A DNA stretch of 53,965 nucleotides from Patescibacteria group bacterium (lineage in GTDB: Bacteria > Patescibacteriota > Minisyncoccia > UBA6257 > HR35), in assembly GCA_025060575.1 (NCBI GenBank), contig JANXBL010000002.1, forward strand, positions 1 to 53,965. The letters are read 5' to 3'. Each line of letters opens with the position of its first letter. Within the stretch, counting starts at the first letter, position 1. The position numbers and the translations under genes were made by a program. This document shows, one piece after another, positions 24,932 through 34,894 of the stretch. The notes beneath the pieces are model-generated. The model was not told the DNA's origin. It saw only the letters and a program-made list of their open reading frames with translations, and did not search any database.

Positions 24932-25026
24932 TATTTTTTAAATTTTATCATCTTATTAGACTAATAAATAAAGAATTATCCCTAAAATTAAGGAAAAGCT
25001 GTCAATAATGGGTAGATATTCAATTG

Positions 25027-25100
25027 TCGGGGCAGTGGGACTCGAACCCACAACCTCCAGCACCCCATGCTGGTGCGCTAACCAATTGCGCTATGCCCCG
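25027..25100 (-). tRNA. tRNA-Pro (anticodon GGG)
   Basis: CGGGGCA acceptor (C1:G72), GCGC D stem, anticodon stem-loop CCAGC-ATGGGGT-GCTGG, T arm GTGGG-TTCGAGT-CCCAC. Confidence 0.85.
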
Positions 25101-25106
25101 TTAAAT

Positions 25107-25178
25107 TGGGCGGGAGAGGAATCGAACCTCTGACCTTCTCGGTGTAAACGAGACGTTCTGCCGCTGAACTACCCGCCC
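25107..25178 (-). tRNA. tRNA-Val (anticodon UAC)
   Basis: GGGCGGG acceptor, GTTC/GAAC D stem, anticodon stem-loop TCTCG-TTTACAC-CGAGA, T arm AGAGG-TTCGATT-CCTCT. Confidence 0.85.
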
Positions 25179-25236
25179 TATGTTGATAAAATTAAATTAT
25201 ATCTTAATTAAAAACATATTTCTAAGCCACGATTAG

Positions 25237-25557
25237 ATGAAAATCATCTGGACAAAACATTCAGAAAGCAAGCTAAGATATTATCAGCTCTCAAAGAGTA
25301 GAATTTTAAGAATTATCAAAAATCCTTATCGTATCGAAGAGGGTATTGCTCCACAAACAATTGCTCTCATGCAACCAACTAAAATATCTCGAAAGACAAA
25401 AAAACCAACTTGGAAGCAAGAGATTTGGACAATGATTCAAAAGTCAAGTAGTGCCTTAAAGATTATTTCTGCTTGGCGATACCCTGGTATTAGTCCAGCA
25501 ACCAACCCTATTCCTCGTCAAATAATAGTTGAACTACAAAAAGAAGGTTTTATTTAA
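25237..25557 (+). CDS. Small basic hypothetical protein
   Basis: 106-aa ORF on the opposite strand to its neighbours. The N-terminus IIWTKHSESKLRYYQLSKSRILRIIKNP faintly resembles DUF4258-type toxin folds, which is unverified. Confidence 0.3.
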   Translation: MKIIWTKHSESKLRYYQLSKSRILRIIKNPYRIEEGIAPQTIALMQPTKISRKTKKPTWKQEIWTMIQKSSSALKIISAWRYPGISPATNPIPRQIIVELQKEGFI

Positions 25558-26713
25558 AGATTCTTAGGAAAATTTCCCTAATTGTTTCCCAGAAATTTTT
25601 ATTAAAACTAGATTTTTGGTAGATATATGCCATTCCCAATGAGTTAGCATATATTAACTCCTCTTTAGATAACACACCGTTTTGATCAGTGGCTATTTTT
25701 ATTGGATAATGGGTATATCTTTTCAATAAATTTTCAATTTCAGGAATATATGCTCCACCGCCAATTAGATAGATTCCTGCTGGCAACCGAAAATTTTCTC
25801 TTATTTTGGCAAAAATATCATTGAGGTTGTTTTTTTTCCAATAAAAAGATAATTTTTTTTCGATAAGATTGATAAATTTTGAATAGCTATATTTTTGGCG
25901 ACCAATTTTAATTTTACTTGTTTTCCTGTCTAATTTTTCAACTTTTAATTGATCAAATATAGCGTCTATCTCTTGAAGATTAACACCAAGATCAAGCGCT
26001 AAGTCCTCTAGTATATCGCCTAAACCAAATTGAACGCTCTGGTAGAACGAAAGCTTGCCTTCTTGAAAAATTGCGAAACTGAAAATTTTATAACCAAAAT
26101 CAACCAAAATAACGCCTAACTCCTTTTCTTTTTTAGGCAAAACAACATACGAAGCAGGCAAGGGGTTAGGAACGATTAAAAAAATTTTTACATCATTAGC
26201 CTTGAAAAAATCTCTTAGCCTGTTGAGCGAAGGTTTAAAACCTTGAATCACAAAAAGGTCAACCTCTAAATTTCTCGCCTCCATGCCTAATGGATCTCTA
26301 ATCTTAAAACCACCATCAAAAAAGTATGATATCGGCTCTTCAAACAAAATCTCGGTATTACTAGAAAGTAAAGAGGTTTTAGCAAGCAAAAAACATTTTC
26401 TGATATCTTCTTCTGTTACATATTTTTCACTTACCGGAACTTTGCCTTTAGTTCTTTGCCCATTAAAATAGGAAGAGGAAAAGGAAACTATTATTTCTTT
26501 TGGATCTTCGTTGATATGATAAGCAACTTCTTTCAGTGGGGAAATAACTTCATTAACAAAATTTTCTTGATCAATAATTTCACCGTTATTAAAGGAGTCG
26601 GCTGATCTGGTAAATTTTGTTAGTAGGGATATTTTGCCACTTTCGTCCTCTTCGCTAATACACAATTTTAATAGCCGATTTCCTATGTCTAAACTAAAAA
26701 ATTTTTTCCCCAT
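25550..26713 (-). CDS. ftsA: Actin-like ATPase, most likely cell-division protein FtsA
   Basis: FSLDIGNRLLKLC (phosphate-1 motif), IGGGAYIPEI (phosphate-2/adenosine region), inserted 1C-like segment, and a C-terminal amphipathic helix FWETIREIFLRIFK of the kind used by FtsA for membrane binding. Confidence 0.6.
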   Translation of the reverse strand: MGKKFFSLDIGNRLLKLCISEEDESGKISLLTKFTRSADSFNNGEIIDQENFVNEVISPLKEVAYHINEDPKEIIVSFSSSYFNGQRTKGKVPVSEKYVTEEDIRKCFLLAKTSLLSSNTEILFEEPISYFFDGGFKIRDPLGMEARNLEVDLFVIQGFKPSLNRLRDFFKANDVKIFLIVPNPLPASYVVLPKKEKELGVILVDFGYKIFSFAIFQEGKLSFYQSVQFGLGDILEDLALDLGVNLQEIDAIFDQLKVEKLDRKTSKIKIGRQKYSYSKFINLIEKKLSFYWKKNNLNDIFAKIRENFRLPAGIYLIGGGAYIPEIENLLKRYTHYPIKIATDQNGVLSKEELIYANSLGMAYIYQKSSFNKNFWETIREIFLRIFK

Positions 26714-26722
26714 CCCATTTAG

Positions 26723-26995
26723 TTATTCCTTGAATTTAATTTTACTGATATATCTTTTTCCTAATTTATATGCTTTATCAAAGCTCCATCCCTCTTTCAT
26801 TTTCTGTTTAATAAAACTTTGCAATTTCAGACGATATAATTTTGCTGTTTTTTTTGCTCTTTCGTTTAGTTTTTTTGTCCGATATAATTTCGACTTAACC
26901 TCTAAAAGGGTCCCACTCTTGGTAAATCTATTTAAAAATCTCCTTAAAAGTTGAGTTGTTGATTCGGACGACCTTCTGACCACCTTAACTCTCAT
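26723..26995 (-). CDS. rpsU: Ribosomal protein S21-like, with a C-terminal extension
   Basis: From the internal ATG at 26995: MRVKVVRRSSESTTQLLRRFLNRFTKSGTLLEVKSKLYRTKKLNERAKK follows the S21 pattern (V.V......aLRRF.r...K.G.l.E.r....Y.K....R..K). The upstream part of the track ORF overlaps the HIT gene. Confidence 0.55.
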   Translation of the reverse strand: MRVKVVRRSSESTTQLLRRFLNRFTKSGTLLEVKSKLYRTKKLNERAKKTAKLYRLKLQSFIKQKMKEGWSFDKAYKLGKRYISKIKFKE

Positions 26996-27398
26996 TTTTA
27001 ATCCTCTGATAAATTTCCTCCACTGAGGTTCCTTGAGTATTAAAAACGACCGCATGAATTGAACCACCTCCGTCATTGACAAAACGAGGGATAAGATGGA
27101 AATGAAAATGAGGAATAACCTGGCCTGCTAATTTGCCTTCATTTATCCCTAAAGTAAAAGAATCTACTTTAAGAGCTTTAGCCAAAATACTCATTGTCTC
27201 TTGGACGACCAAAATGAATTCCTCACCTAATTCTTTTGGTAAATGCTGAAAATTTTGATAATGAACTTTAGGAATTACCAAGCTATGACCAGGAGCATGA
27301 GGATAAATATCAAGAAAAGATAAAAAATTTTCCGACTCATTAATCAAAAAAGCAGGAACTTCTCTATTAACGATCTTGCAAAAAATGCAATCTGCCAT
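26985..27398 (-). CDS. HIT-family nucleotide hydrolase (HinT-like)
   Basis: CIFCKIV, DIYPHAPGHSLVIPK and the histidine triad HFHFHLIP. Confidence 0.85.
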   Translation of the reverse strand: MADCIFCKIVNREVPAFLINESENFLSFLDIYPHAPGHSLVIPKVHYQNFQHLPKELGEEFILVVQETMSILAKALKVDSFTLGINEGKLAGQVIPHFHFHLIPRFVNDGGGSIHAVVFNTQGTSVEEIYQRIKNES

Positions 27399-27436
27399 TA
27401 AATAATTTAATATTATTAAAATTAATTAATTTAATT

Positions 27437-28696
27437 TTAACCGACAATTTTCTTTAATTCCTTAGTTAAGTTTGACAATTTTAAAATTTCTTGACTGCCA
27501 TATTCCATATCTTTAAGGATGATTGTGCCTTGGCCTAACTCGTGAAATCCTAGGATTAGAGCATGCTTAATCCCTAGCTTATTGGCATAGTCAAGTTGCC
27601 CAGATAGACTTGATTTAAAAAAGTTAGCCACCGGAAAAAAATTGTTCCCCTGCAGATCAAGAAAAATTTCAAATGCTTTGGCCTTGGTTTCCTCGCCAGC
27701 AAAAGCAACAAAAATTTTGGATGAAGATTTTTTAATTTTAAAGTCTATTTTATCCAAAATTATTTTTAATCTCTCAATGCCCATAGCCCCGCCACAAGAT
27801 GGTAAGGGTATATTGCTCATAATTTCGCCTAAATCATACCTCCCCCCTCCTCCTAGTGCTATCTCTTCGTTTTCAACAAAAATTTCAAAAACAGTTCGAG
27901 AATAATAATCAAAACCTCTGACTAAGGTACTATCTAATTCATAAGGAATTTTAAAATAATCTAAAAATTCTATAACCTTTTGAAAGTGCAGTTCGCAAAA
28001 CTTACAAAGATAATTTAGAATATTTGGTGCTTTTTTCTTGTATTCTTGATCTTGTGGGTTTTTACAGTCCAATAATCTTAGGGGATTTAAAGTTAATCTT
28101 CTCTGGCAATCAACACATATTTTATTCTTATACTTTTTATAAAAATTTATAAGTTGGGTTCTGTACTTACGGCGACAACGTTGGCAACCTAAACTATTTA
28201 TCTTAACTTTAAAATTTCTGATCTTTATCTGATTTAAAAAGCGAAAAAAAACAAAAATAGTAAAAAAGTCAGCGAACGGATCTTCGGAATTTATAATTTC
28301 TATTCCCCATTGAGTATGCTCTCTCAACCGACCATATTGAGGTCTTTCTCTTCTGAACATCTTGCCTAAGTAAAAAACTGATACAGGCTGAGTAAAGTTT
28401 TGCCAACCATTTTCAAAATAGGCCCTTATAACACCAGCTGTTCCCTCTGGTCTTAACACCAAAACATCGCCTTTTTCTTTTCCCTTGATAACAAACATTT
28501 CTTTGCTCACCACATCAGATGACTCGCCAAGGCTGGAGGTGAAAGTTTTAATGTTCTCAACTAATGGAGTTTCCACATAACGAAAACCATTGAGAACAGA
28601 AAAATTAGTTATCAGATCTCTTATTTTAAGATAAAAATCAGACTCATCGCCAAAAACATCTCTCATTCCTCTTGGCCTTTGAGTTTTAATTTTCAT
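27437..28696 (-). CDS. hisS: Histidyl-tRNA synthetase
   Basis: PRGMRD, LRPEGTAGVIRA, FRRERPQYGRLREHTQ and GGGRYD class-II HisRS motifs. Confidence 0.9.
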   Translation of the reverse strand: MKIKTQRPRGMRDVFGDESDFYLKIRDLITNFSVLNGFRYVETPLVENIKTFTSSLGESSDVVSKEMFVIKGKEKGDVLVLRPEGTAGVIRAYFENGWQNFTQPVSVFYLGKMFRRERPQYGRLREHTQWGIEIINSEDPFADFFTIFVFFRFLNQIKIRNFKVKINSLGCQRCRRKYRTQLINFYKKYKNKICVDCQRRLTLNPLRLLDCKNPQDQEYKKKAPNILNYLCKFCELHFQKVIEFLDYFKIPYELDSTLVRGFDYYSRTVFEIFVENEEIALGGGGRYDLGEIMSNIPLPSCGGAMGIERLKIILDKIDFKIKKSSSKIFVAFAGEETKAKAFEIFLDLQGNNFFPVANFFKSSLSGQLDYANKLGIKHALILGFHELGQGTIILKDMEYGSQEILKLSNLTKELKKIVG

Positions 28697-29232
28697 CGGG
28701 CAAAAACTTTCATTAATTCTGGTATCTTAGCTAATGATAACTGAAACAAAACTCGACCAACAATCCTTTCTCTTTTCAATGGTCCCCACTTTCTTGAGTC
28801 GTAACTCACCTCTCGATTATCACCCAAAACAAAGTATTCATTTTCTTTTAATTGAATATCAATCAATCCAGGAGTATAGTGATTAACTACATACGGCTCA
28901 TTAAGAACAAACCCCTCTGGTTTCTCTCTGTTAAAAACAGTTATCTTTGATTCCTCAATTAAAATTCTTTCTCCTGGTAAACCAATAATTCTTTTAATGT
29001 AATAAATATTGTCATCAAAAGGTGGCCTAAAAACAATTACTTCTCCTCTTTGGGGTGCACGGTAAAAATAAGTGAGTTTATCAATAATTAAATAATCCCA
29101 ACTATGAAAATTAGGCTCCATGCTATCTCCCTTAACAAAGAAAGGTTCGAAAAGAAAAAGTCTTATCGGTAAAATAAAAAGCAAAAAAATTAATATAATT
29201 TCAAAAATATTTAAAGCTATCTCTCTTTTCAT
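28693..29232 (-). CDS. lepB: Signal peptidase I
   Basis: N-terminal TM helix, GDSMEPNF (catalytic Ser box), YIKRIIGLPGE (Lys box) and GDNREVSYDSR. Confidence 0.9.
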   Translation of the reverse strand: MKREIALNIFEIILIFLLFILPIRLFLFEPFFVKGDSMEPNFHSWDYLIIDKLTYFYRAPQRGEVIVFRPPFDDNIYYIKRIIGLPGERILIEESKITVFNREKPEGFVLNEPYVVNHYTPGLIDIQLKENEYFVLGDNREVSYDSRKWGPLKRERIVGRVLFQLSLAKIPELMKVFAR

Positions 29233-29246
29233 CCGAGTATATTTTG

Positions 29247-29584
29247 TGGAGATGAGGGGAATCGAACCCCTATGGAAGAAAAAGTGTCTAAGAGCTTCTC
29301 CTGGCGCAGTTTGTTTTTAATTTTCGTCCCTTAAGAAGATAACAAACAAACTTCTTAAGGGACTAGGCTCTAATTTTCGTTTCAGCTTGATGAGCCAGTT
29401 CAAACTGAAACTAGCGAGAAAACCTTTACCCCTAGAAAATCTCTCGCTAAATTTCTAGGAGTCGCTCTATATTTACGAAAGAGCGTAAGCTGGAACTCTA
29501 TTGGCACTTATTTTGGTTGTTGAAGGTTACCAACCTGCCAGCTTCTCTTAGCAACTTTTTCTTCTCAACTCCCAATTCATCCCC
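29247..29584 (-). ncRNA. ssrA: tmRNA (ssrA), about 338 nt, tag reading frame at 29505-29473
   Basis: 5' GGGGATG pairs with 3' CATCTCC-A, including a G3:U pair. T arm AGGGG-TTCGATT-CCCCT. Long P2 helix: GAAGAAAAAGT pairs with ACTTTTTCTTC. Resume context AAAAUAAGU-GCC; ORF GCC AAT AGA GTT CCA GCT TAC GCT CTT TCG TAA; stop codon lies in a CGCTCT/AGAGCG hairpin. Confidence 0.8.
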
Positions 29585-29623
29585 AAAAAGTGATATTAAT
29601 TATACCATATTTCTAAGCCTTTT

Positions 29624-31297
29624 TCAAATAATCATCCCCAATGGTCCAGTAACTCGTTGCACTTCTTCAAGGGTAGTGAGCTTAAAAAGTGCTTTAATTA
29701 AACCATCTTGTTGTAAGTTTATAAAGTTACTACTTGCAGCCCGATAAATTTCAGTTTCGGAAGGATTCCGATAGATTACTTCCTCTAATTCTTTTGTTAT
29801 CACTAAGAACTCATAAATTCCGATACGACCCTTATAGCCAGTGCCAAAACATTCTTGGCATCCTTTGCTAGCTAGTAGGGAAAAATTATCGAAATTAATA
29901 TTTTTAAGGTTAACACGAGAGGGGAGATTGTTTAGTGATTCTCTTATTTTTTTCTTAGTTTCTTCGTCTGGTTGGTATTCTTCGGCACAATGCTGACACA
30001 CTTTTCTTAGTAATCTTTGGGCTATGACCAATCTTAAGGCTGAAGGAATAAGTTTAGCATCAACTCCGAGGCTGATTAACCGGGGAATGGCTCCTAAGGA
30101 GCTATTCGTGTGAAGGGTGGATAAAACTAAATGACCTGTCAAAGAAGCTTGAATAGCAATTTCTGCTGTCTCCTTGTCCCTTATTTCACCAACTAAAATA
30201 ACATCCGGATCATGTCTCAAAAATGATCTAAGAGCAGTAGCAAAGGTAAAACCTCTTGACTCATCAGTTTGACTTTGACTAATTCCCTCGATTTTATACT
30301 CAATTGGATTTTCGATAGTGATTATTTTTAGCTCTGGGGTTTTGATGGTCATTAAGATAGCATAGAGAGTTGTTGTTTTACCTGAACCAGTTGGTCCAGT
30401 ATTTAAAATTAAACCATTTGGCTGATGAATCATAAAGCTTAGAATCTCAAGATCATCATCTCTTAAGCCAAGATCTTGTAATCTTTTGTTAATCTGTTCA
30501 AACCTTAGAATTCTTAAAACAATCGCTTCATCCGATGATGCTGGTAAAAAGGAAACTCTGATATCATATTTTTCCTCGCCAAAAACGATTGAAAACCGAC
30601 CATCTTGAGGCTTGTTTTTAATGTTAATCATTAGGTTTGATAAAACTTTTATCCTATTTTTGATCAGGTCATAAATATTCAGAGGTAAATCAACAATATC
30701 ATATAAAATCCCGTCAATACGGTACCTGACTAAAATTTTGGTTTCTTCCGGTTCAAAGTGAACATCAGAAGCATTAAACTTAATTGCTCCAGCCAAAACA
30801 TAATCTAAAGAGACAAATGGGTCATCATCTAAAGCAGATTTTATTTTTGAATTTAGATCCTCTCTTGCTCTAATTTCTTGAGTTAAATGTTTTAAAACTT
30901 CTTCAGTAATATCAAAGGTTTTTAAATAACTTACCTTAGGAGTAGTTAAAAACCGATATTCATCTAAACCAATCTTTAAACTTGTAGGCGAGATAATTCC
31001 AAGAGAAACATTAAAACCCTGCGATCTTAGTAATTCTTGAAAAGATTTAACCTCTTCATTAAAGGGATTAATTACTCCTAAAATAAGCTTTTCTTGGTTT
31101 CTTTTAATTGGCACTAGCTCTAGCTTTTCTGCGGTTTCCTTAGGAACACACTTTAAGGCATCAACCTCAGGTTTAACTAACTGGAGATTATAATAAGGCA
31201 AATTTAATGATTTGGCTAACTCTTGAGCTACCTTTTCGGCATCATATCTAAATTCTTCAAATTCTTTAAAATCTTTATCTTTATCGTCGTTTATCAT
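29624..31297 (-). CDS. pilB: GspE/PilB-family type IV pilus (or type II secretion) assembly ATPase
   Basis: GPTGSGKTTT Walker A, His box LTGHLVLSTLHTN, tetracysteine motif CQHC...CQEC, and an N-terminal GspE-N-like domain. Confidence 0.85.
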   Translation of the reverse strand: MINDDKDKDFKEFEEFRYDAEKVAQELAKSLNLPYYNLQLVKPEVDALKCVPKETAEKLELVPIKRNQEKLILGVINPFNEEVKSFQELLRSQGFNVSLGIISPTSLKIGLDEYRFLTTPKVSYLKTFDITEEVLKHLTQEIRAREDLNSKIKSALDDDPFVSLDYVLAGAIKFNASDVHFEPEETKILVRYRIDGILYDIVDLPLNIYDLIKNRIKVLSNLMINIKNKPQDGRFSIVFGEEKYDIRVSFLPASSDEAIVLRILRFEQINKRLQDLGLRDDDLEILSFMIHQPNGLILNTGPTGSGKTTTLYAILMTIKTPELKIITIENPIEYKIEGISQSQTDESRGFTFATALRSFLRHDPDVILVGEIRDKETAEIAIQASLTGHLVLSTLHTNSSLGAIPRLISLGVDAKLIPSALRLVIAQRLLRKVCQHCAEEYQPDEETKKKIRESLNNLPSRVNLKNINFDNFSLLASKGCQECFGTGYKGRIGIYEFLVITKELEEVIYRNPSETEIYRAASSNFINLQQDGLIKALFKLTTLEEVQRVTGPLGMII

Positions 31298-31347
31298 TTA
31301 TATCGTATTTATTCGCTGGTTAATTTATTATAATAAAATTATCACCG

Positions 31348-33402
31348 ATGAAGAAAATATTGTTTTTAATTATTAAGATTGGATTAATAATCATTTTTCT
31401 TTTTTTAACTTTTGTTCTGTTTTTAGCTATTTTACAAAATATTTACTTGCCCACTCCTAATATCCTCGGCGAAAAAATAATTGGCAGTGGGGTTGAAGTT
31501 TATGATCGTACAGGTAAAATACTCCTCTATAAAATAGGTGCCAGAAAATCATGGGTTGATTACGATAACATCCCCCAAAACATTATTAGAGCTACTTTGG
31601 CAGCAGAAGATCTTGAATTCTTTAATCACCGAGGAATTAGTATTAGAGGAATAATCAGATCAATTTATCTTAATCTAAAGGAAGGAAGACTTGAATATGG
31701 TGGTTCAACAATTACTCAACAATTGGTTAGAAACATTTTTCTCTCACCTGAAAAAACAATTGTCAGAAAGATCAACGAGATTATCCTCGCACTAACAATT
31801 GAGAGAAAATACACTAAAGAGCAAATAATTACTTACTATCTTAATTCTATTTACTATGGTCAAGGAAATCTAGGAATTAAGGCAGCCGCCAGCTACTATT
31901 TTAACAAAAAACTTAATGATCTTACCTTAGGAGAAATAGCTGTTTTAGCATCAATCCCCAAGTCACCTGCTCTCTATGCTCCTATCTCCCAGGAAAACAT
32001 CGTTAGATTAAAAAAAAGAAGAAATTACATATTGAAGAGAATGAAAGATATTGGCTGGATAGAGGAAAATGATTACTTGATAGCTATCAAAGAAGAAATA
32101 AAGATAGCTCCATCAAAGTATGCTGGTATTATTGCCCCACATTTTGTCATTGAAGTTATTAATAAATTAAAAGAAATGTTTCCGCAAAAAAATCTGGAAG
32201 AATTAGAGTTAAGAGTAATTACAACCCTTAATTATGATTTACAAAAAATAGCAGAAAAAGCAGTCAAGGAGGGAGCAGCTAAAAACAAGTTAAAGTATGG
32301 CGGTAGTAACGCAGCTTTAATGGCGATTGATCCCAAAACAGGGGAAATTTTATCTTTGGTCGGCTCAAGAGATTTTTTTGATAAAGAAATCGAAGGTCAA
32401 GTAAATGTTCCCTTTCGCCGACGTCAACCTGGTTCAGCTTTTAAACCGATCAGTTATGCTGCTCTTTTTGAATTAGGTTATCCGTTAGAAACAGTAATAT
32501 TTGATGTCCCCACTAATTTTGGTGGTTATATACCGCGAAATTTTGATAAAAGATTCAAAGGACCTGTAACGCTTAAAAAAGCTTTAGCTGAGTCAAGAAA
32601 TGTTCCAGCGGTTAAGGTTTTCTATCTTGCTATCCCCGAAAGAGTTGTTGACCTAGCGAGGAAAAGTGGTATGAATTACCTTCAGGACTGGAAAGATTAT
32701 GGCCTTTCCATGGCCTTGGGGACAGCTGAAGTTAGAATGGCTGATTTAATTAGATTCTATGGTGCTTTGGCTAATGATGGAGAGATAACTGATCAAAGTC
32801 TAATTCTTAGAATAATCCAAGGAAATAAATTAATCTACCAATATCAACCAAAAAAAGAGAGATTAATTTCCTCACAAACTGCTAGAATCATCAATGATAT
32901 TTTGAGCGATGTTGATGCTCGACGAGGTTTATTTTCTGCCAGTCTTCCTTTAACAATTTTTCCTGGTTATCAAGTGGCCCTGAAAACAGGAACAACTCAA
33001 TTTTATCAAGATGCTTGGGTGTTCAAGTATACTCCTAGTATTGTTATTGGCGTTTGGGCTGGTAACACTGATGGCAAAAGAATGAATTCACTAGGTGCTA
33101 GTTTAGTAGCTGCTTTACCCATTTCATATCAATTTTTATCAGAAGCTATAAAGAATAATTTAGTAACAAAGGCAAATTTCTTACCTCCAGAGAAAAGAAT
33201 TGTTGAAAAACCGATGTTAAATTCTCAATGGTTAGTTAATGGTGAAACCCACTCCATCCTCTATTATGTTAATAGAAATGATCCTCTTGGACCTATTCCA
33301 GATGATCCAAAAAGCGATCCTCAATTTCACTATTGGGAAAATGCTGTTCAAAAATGGTTTATGACCTATGAACAAAGAACAGTTGAAAGTGAGGATATTT
33401 AA
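31348..33402 (+). CDS. Class A penicillin-binding protein (PBP1A-type glycosyltransferase/transpeptidase)
   Basis: TM anchor. GT51 motifs EDLEFFNHRGI, GGSTITQQL and RKINE. Transpeptidase motifs SAFKP (SxxK), SRN and KTGTT. Confidence 0.9.
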   Translation: MKKILFLIIKIGLIIIFLFLTFVLFLAILQNIYLPTPNILGEKIIGSGVEVYDRTGKILLYKIGARKSWVDYDNIPQNIIRATLAAEDLEFFNHRGISIRGIIRSIYLNLKEGRLEYGGSTITQQLVRNIFLSPEKTIVRKINEIILALTIERKYTKEQIITYYLNSIYYGQGNLGIKAAASYYFNKKLNDLTLGEIAVLASIPKSPALYAPISQENIVRLKKRRNYILKRMKDIGWIEENDYLIAIKEEIKIAPSKYAGIIAPHFVIEVINKLKEMFPQKNLEELELRVITTLNYDLQKIAEKAVKEGAAKNKLKYGGSNAALMAIDPKTGEILSLVGSRDFFDKEIEGQVNVPFRRRQPGSAFKPISYAALFELGYPLETVIFDVPTNFGGYIPRNFDKRFKGPVTLKKALAESRNVPAVKVFYLAIPERVVDLARKSGMNYLQDWKDYGLSMALGTAEVRMADLIRFYGALANDGEITDQSLILRIIQGNKLIYQYQPKKERLISSQTARIINDILSDVDARRGLFSASLPLTIFPGYQVALKTGTTQFYQDAWVFKYTPSIVIGVWAGNTDGKRMNSLGASLVAALPISYQFLSEAIKNNLVTKANFLPPEKRIVEKPMLNSQWLVNGETHSILYYVNRNDPLGPIPDDPKSDPQFHYWENAVQKWFMTYEQRTVESEDI

Positions 33403-33574
33403 TTTTTAATATTGTCTTAATTTCTTCTATTTTAAATTTATCTAATCGAGAAAAAATTTCAATAGTTAAGTGCTTTCCCATCTGTCGAAGATGAATTTTA
33501 TGATTAGGTAAAATATTTTTAATAAAACTAGCAATTTCAAAAATTTCCTTTTGAGTAATAGAAATTCTTTTCAT
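33359..33574 (-). CDS. Small hypothetical protein translationally coupled to dnaN
   Basis: 71-aa ORF whose ATG overlaps the dnaN stop (ATGA at 33571-33574). No recognisable motif. Its 3' end overlaps the convergent PBP gene by 44 nt. Confidence 0.35.
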   Translation of the reverse strand: MKRISITQKEIFEIASFIKNILPNHKIHLRQMGKHLTIEIFSRLDKFKIEEIKTILKIKYPHFQLFFVHRS

Positions 33575-34713
33575 CGATGATTAGAAATATAAACGAAATC
33601 ATTATCTAAGGGAGATTTAAGATAAATAGGAGTACTATCGCTTCCTAAACCGGTAAAAAAACCTCCCCACACAACCTCATCATCAAAAACGCTAAATCCA
33701 TCATAGAGAAAATCTAAATGAAACTTTATTCTAAACTCCTTTTCATCTAAATTGTTCTTTTCAATTTCTACTCGTAAATTATTTCTACTCTCACCTAAAA
33801 GTTCATTCTTAGCGTAAATTTCTAGATTATTTTTACCACTTTCAGAAAGATTAAAAATCAATTCAGTCCCTTTGGTTTGATCGCTAAAAACTTTTCCTAG
33901 TTTCAAAGCTTTTAAAATGTCATCTCTTTTAACAGTAAATATCAAAATAAAATTGTTTGGTTCAATAAATTGGAGATAGTTAGGGTAATCAACTTCTAAA
34001 AGTTTTGCTGTTAAAAGATGATTAAGGATCTCAAAGGTAATTTGATTTTCTTCAAAATAAATTCTTAATTTTCCAGATTTTCTTCTAATACCTTTGAATT
34101 CTTGGATCAACCTTTTAGGAATCAAAACTGAAACTTTATCTATATTTGTCTCAAAAAATTGATCATTAACAGTCTGAACAGCTAATCTAATAGTATCCGT
34201 AACAACCAAATTTAATCTTCCTTCTTTCAGATCGAAATAAACACCTGAATATTCTGGTCGAATATCAGAAGTTGATAAGATGGGTAAAAATTTGCTAAGA
34301 TAACCTTCGAAAAGTTCATTATCAATTTCAAAATAACGATCGAAATTTACCCTCGAAAAAGAAGGAAAATCATCTTGGCTTAAGCCAGGAAGATTAGAAA
34401 TGGAATTTTCACCTTTTATCAACAATATTTCACCATTAGCTTCTAGTTCAATCTCATCCTCATAGAAGTTTTCAATTACTTTTTCAAGTTGTCTTGCTGG
34501 AATTAAGCAAGAACCTTTTTTAAATACTCGACCTGGAAATTTTGTTTGATAATTAATCTCTAGATCAGTTGCAGTTATATAAACTTCATTATTTAATTCA
34601 TCAGCTGAAATATAGAAATAGTTAAGAATGTTAATATCTGACTTTTGAGGACAAATATTGTTTACCACTTGCAAAACTTCTCTTAATTTACTTGATAATA
34701 GCTTAATTTTCAT
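33571..34713 (-). CDS. dnaN: DNA polymerase III beta sliding clamp
   Basis: Lies downstream of dnaA. MKIKLLSSKLREVLQVVNNI N-terminus and three-domain length. The track start at 34731 is TTG; the first ATG is at 34713. Confidence 0.85.
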   Translation of the reverse strand: MKIKLLSSKLREVLQVVNNICPQKSDINILNYFYISADELNNEVYITATDLEINYQTKFPGRVFKKGSCLIPARQLEKVIENFYEDEIELEANGEILLIKGENSISNLPGLSQDDFPSFSRVNFDRYFEIDNELFEGYLSKFLPILSTSDIRPEYSGVYFDLKEGRLNLVVTDTIRLAVQTVNDQFFETNIDKVSVLIPKRLIQEFKGIRRKSGKLRIYFEENQITFEILNHLLTAKLLEVDYPNYLQFIEPNNFILIFTVKRDDILKALKLGKVFSDQTKGTELIFNLSESGKNNLEIYAKNELLGESRNNLRVEIEKNNLDEKEFRIKFHLDFLYDGFSVFDDEVVWGGFFTGLGSDSTPIYLKSPLDNDFVYISNHR

Positions 34714-34731
34714 CTTCGTACGTTTAAACAA

Positions 34732-34894
34732 ATTGTTACTTTTTTAATTTTAATATCCTGTAAGTTATTAATTTTAAAATATTTAAATAGTAATATATAT
34801 TATATATTTGTTGAATATGTGTAAAAATTAACATTCGATTATTTTAATTGAATTTTTATCGTTAAAAATAAAAGTAAAATTTGTTTAAAAAATG
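34732..34894. other. Extremely AT-rich dnaA-dnaN intergenic spacer, candidate DNA-unwinding part of oriC
   Basis: 163 bp with very few G/C, including ATATATATTATATAT. Its position between dnaA and dnaN matches Bacillus-type bipartite origins. I saw no perfect DnaA box here. Confidence 0.35.

Noticed and set aside
25550-26713. Calling the actin-like ATPase PilM, because pilB is nearby
   Set aside because: It has the inserted 1C-like segment and a C-terminal amphipathic helix typical of FtsA. No pilN or pilO-like genes follow it, and pilB is 3 kb away behind unrelated genes. The assignment remains tentative.
29631-29637. The upstream GGGGATG as the tmRNA 5' end, which would give an RNA of about 390 nt
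   Set aside because: It lies within the last codons of pilB. The downstream GGGGATG (5' end at 29584) sits at the canonical distance from the P2 helix (GAAGAAAAAGT pairing with ACTTTTTCTTC).
29120-29747. Plus-strand ORFs at 29120-29320 and 29517-29747
   Set aside because: They overlap the tmRNA gene and the ends of lepB and pilB on the opposite strand, and their products show no protein-like features.
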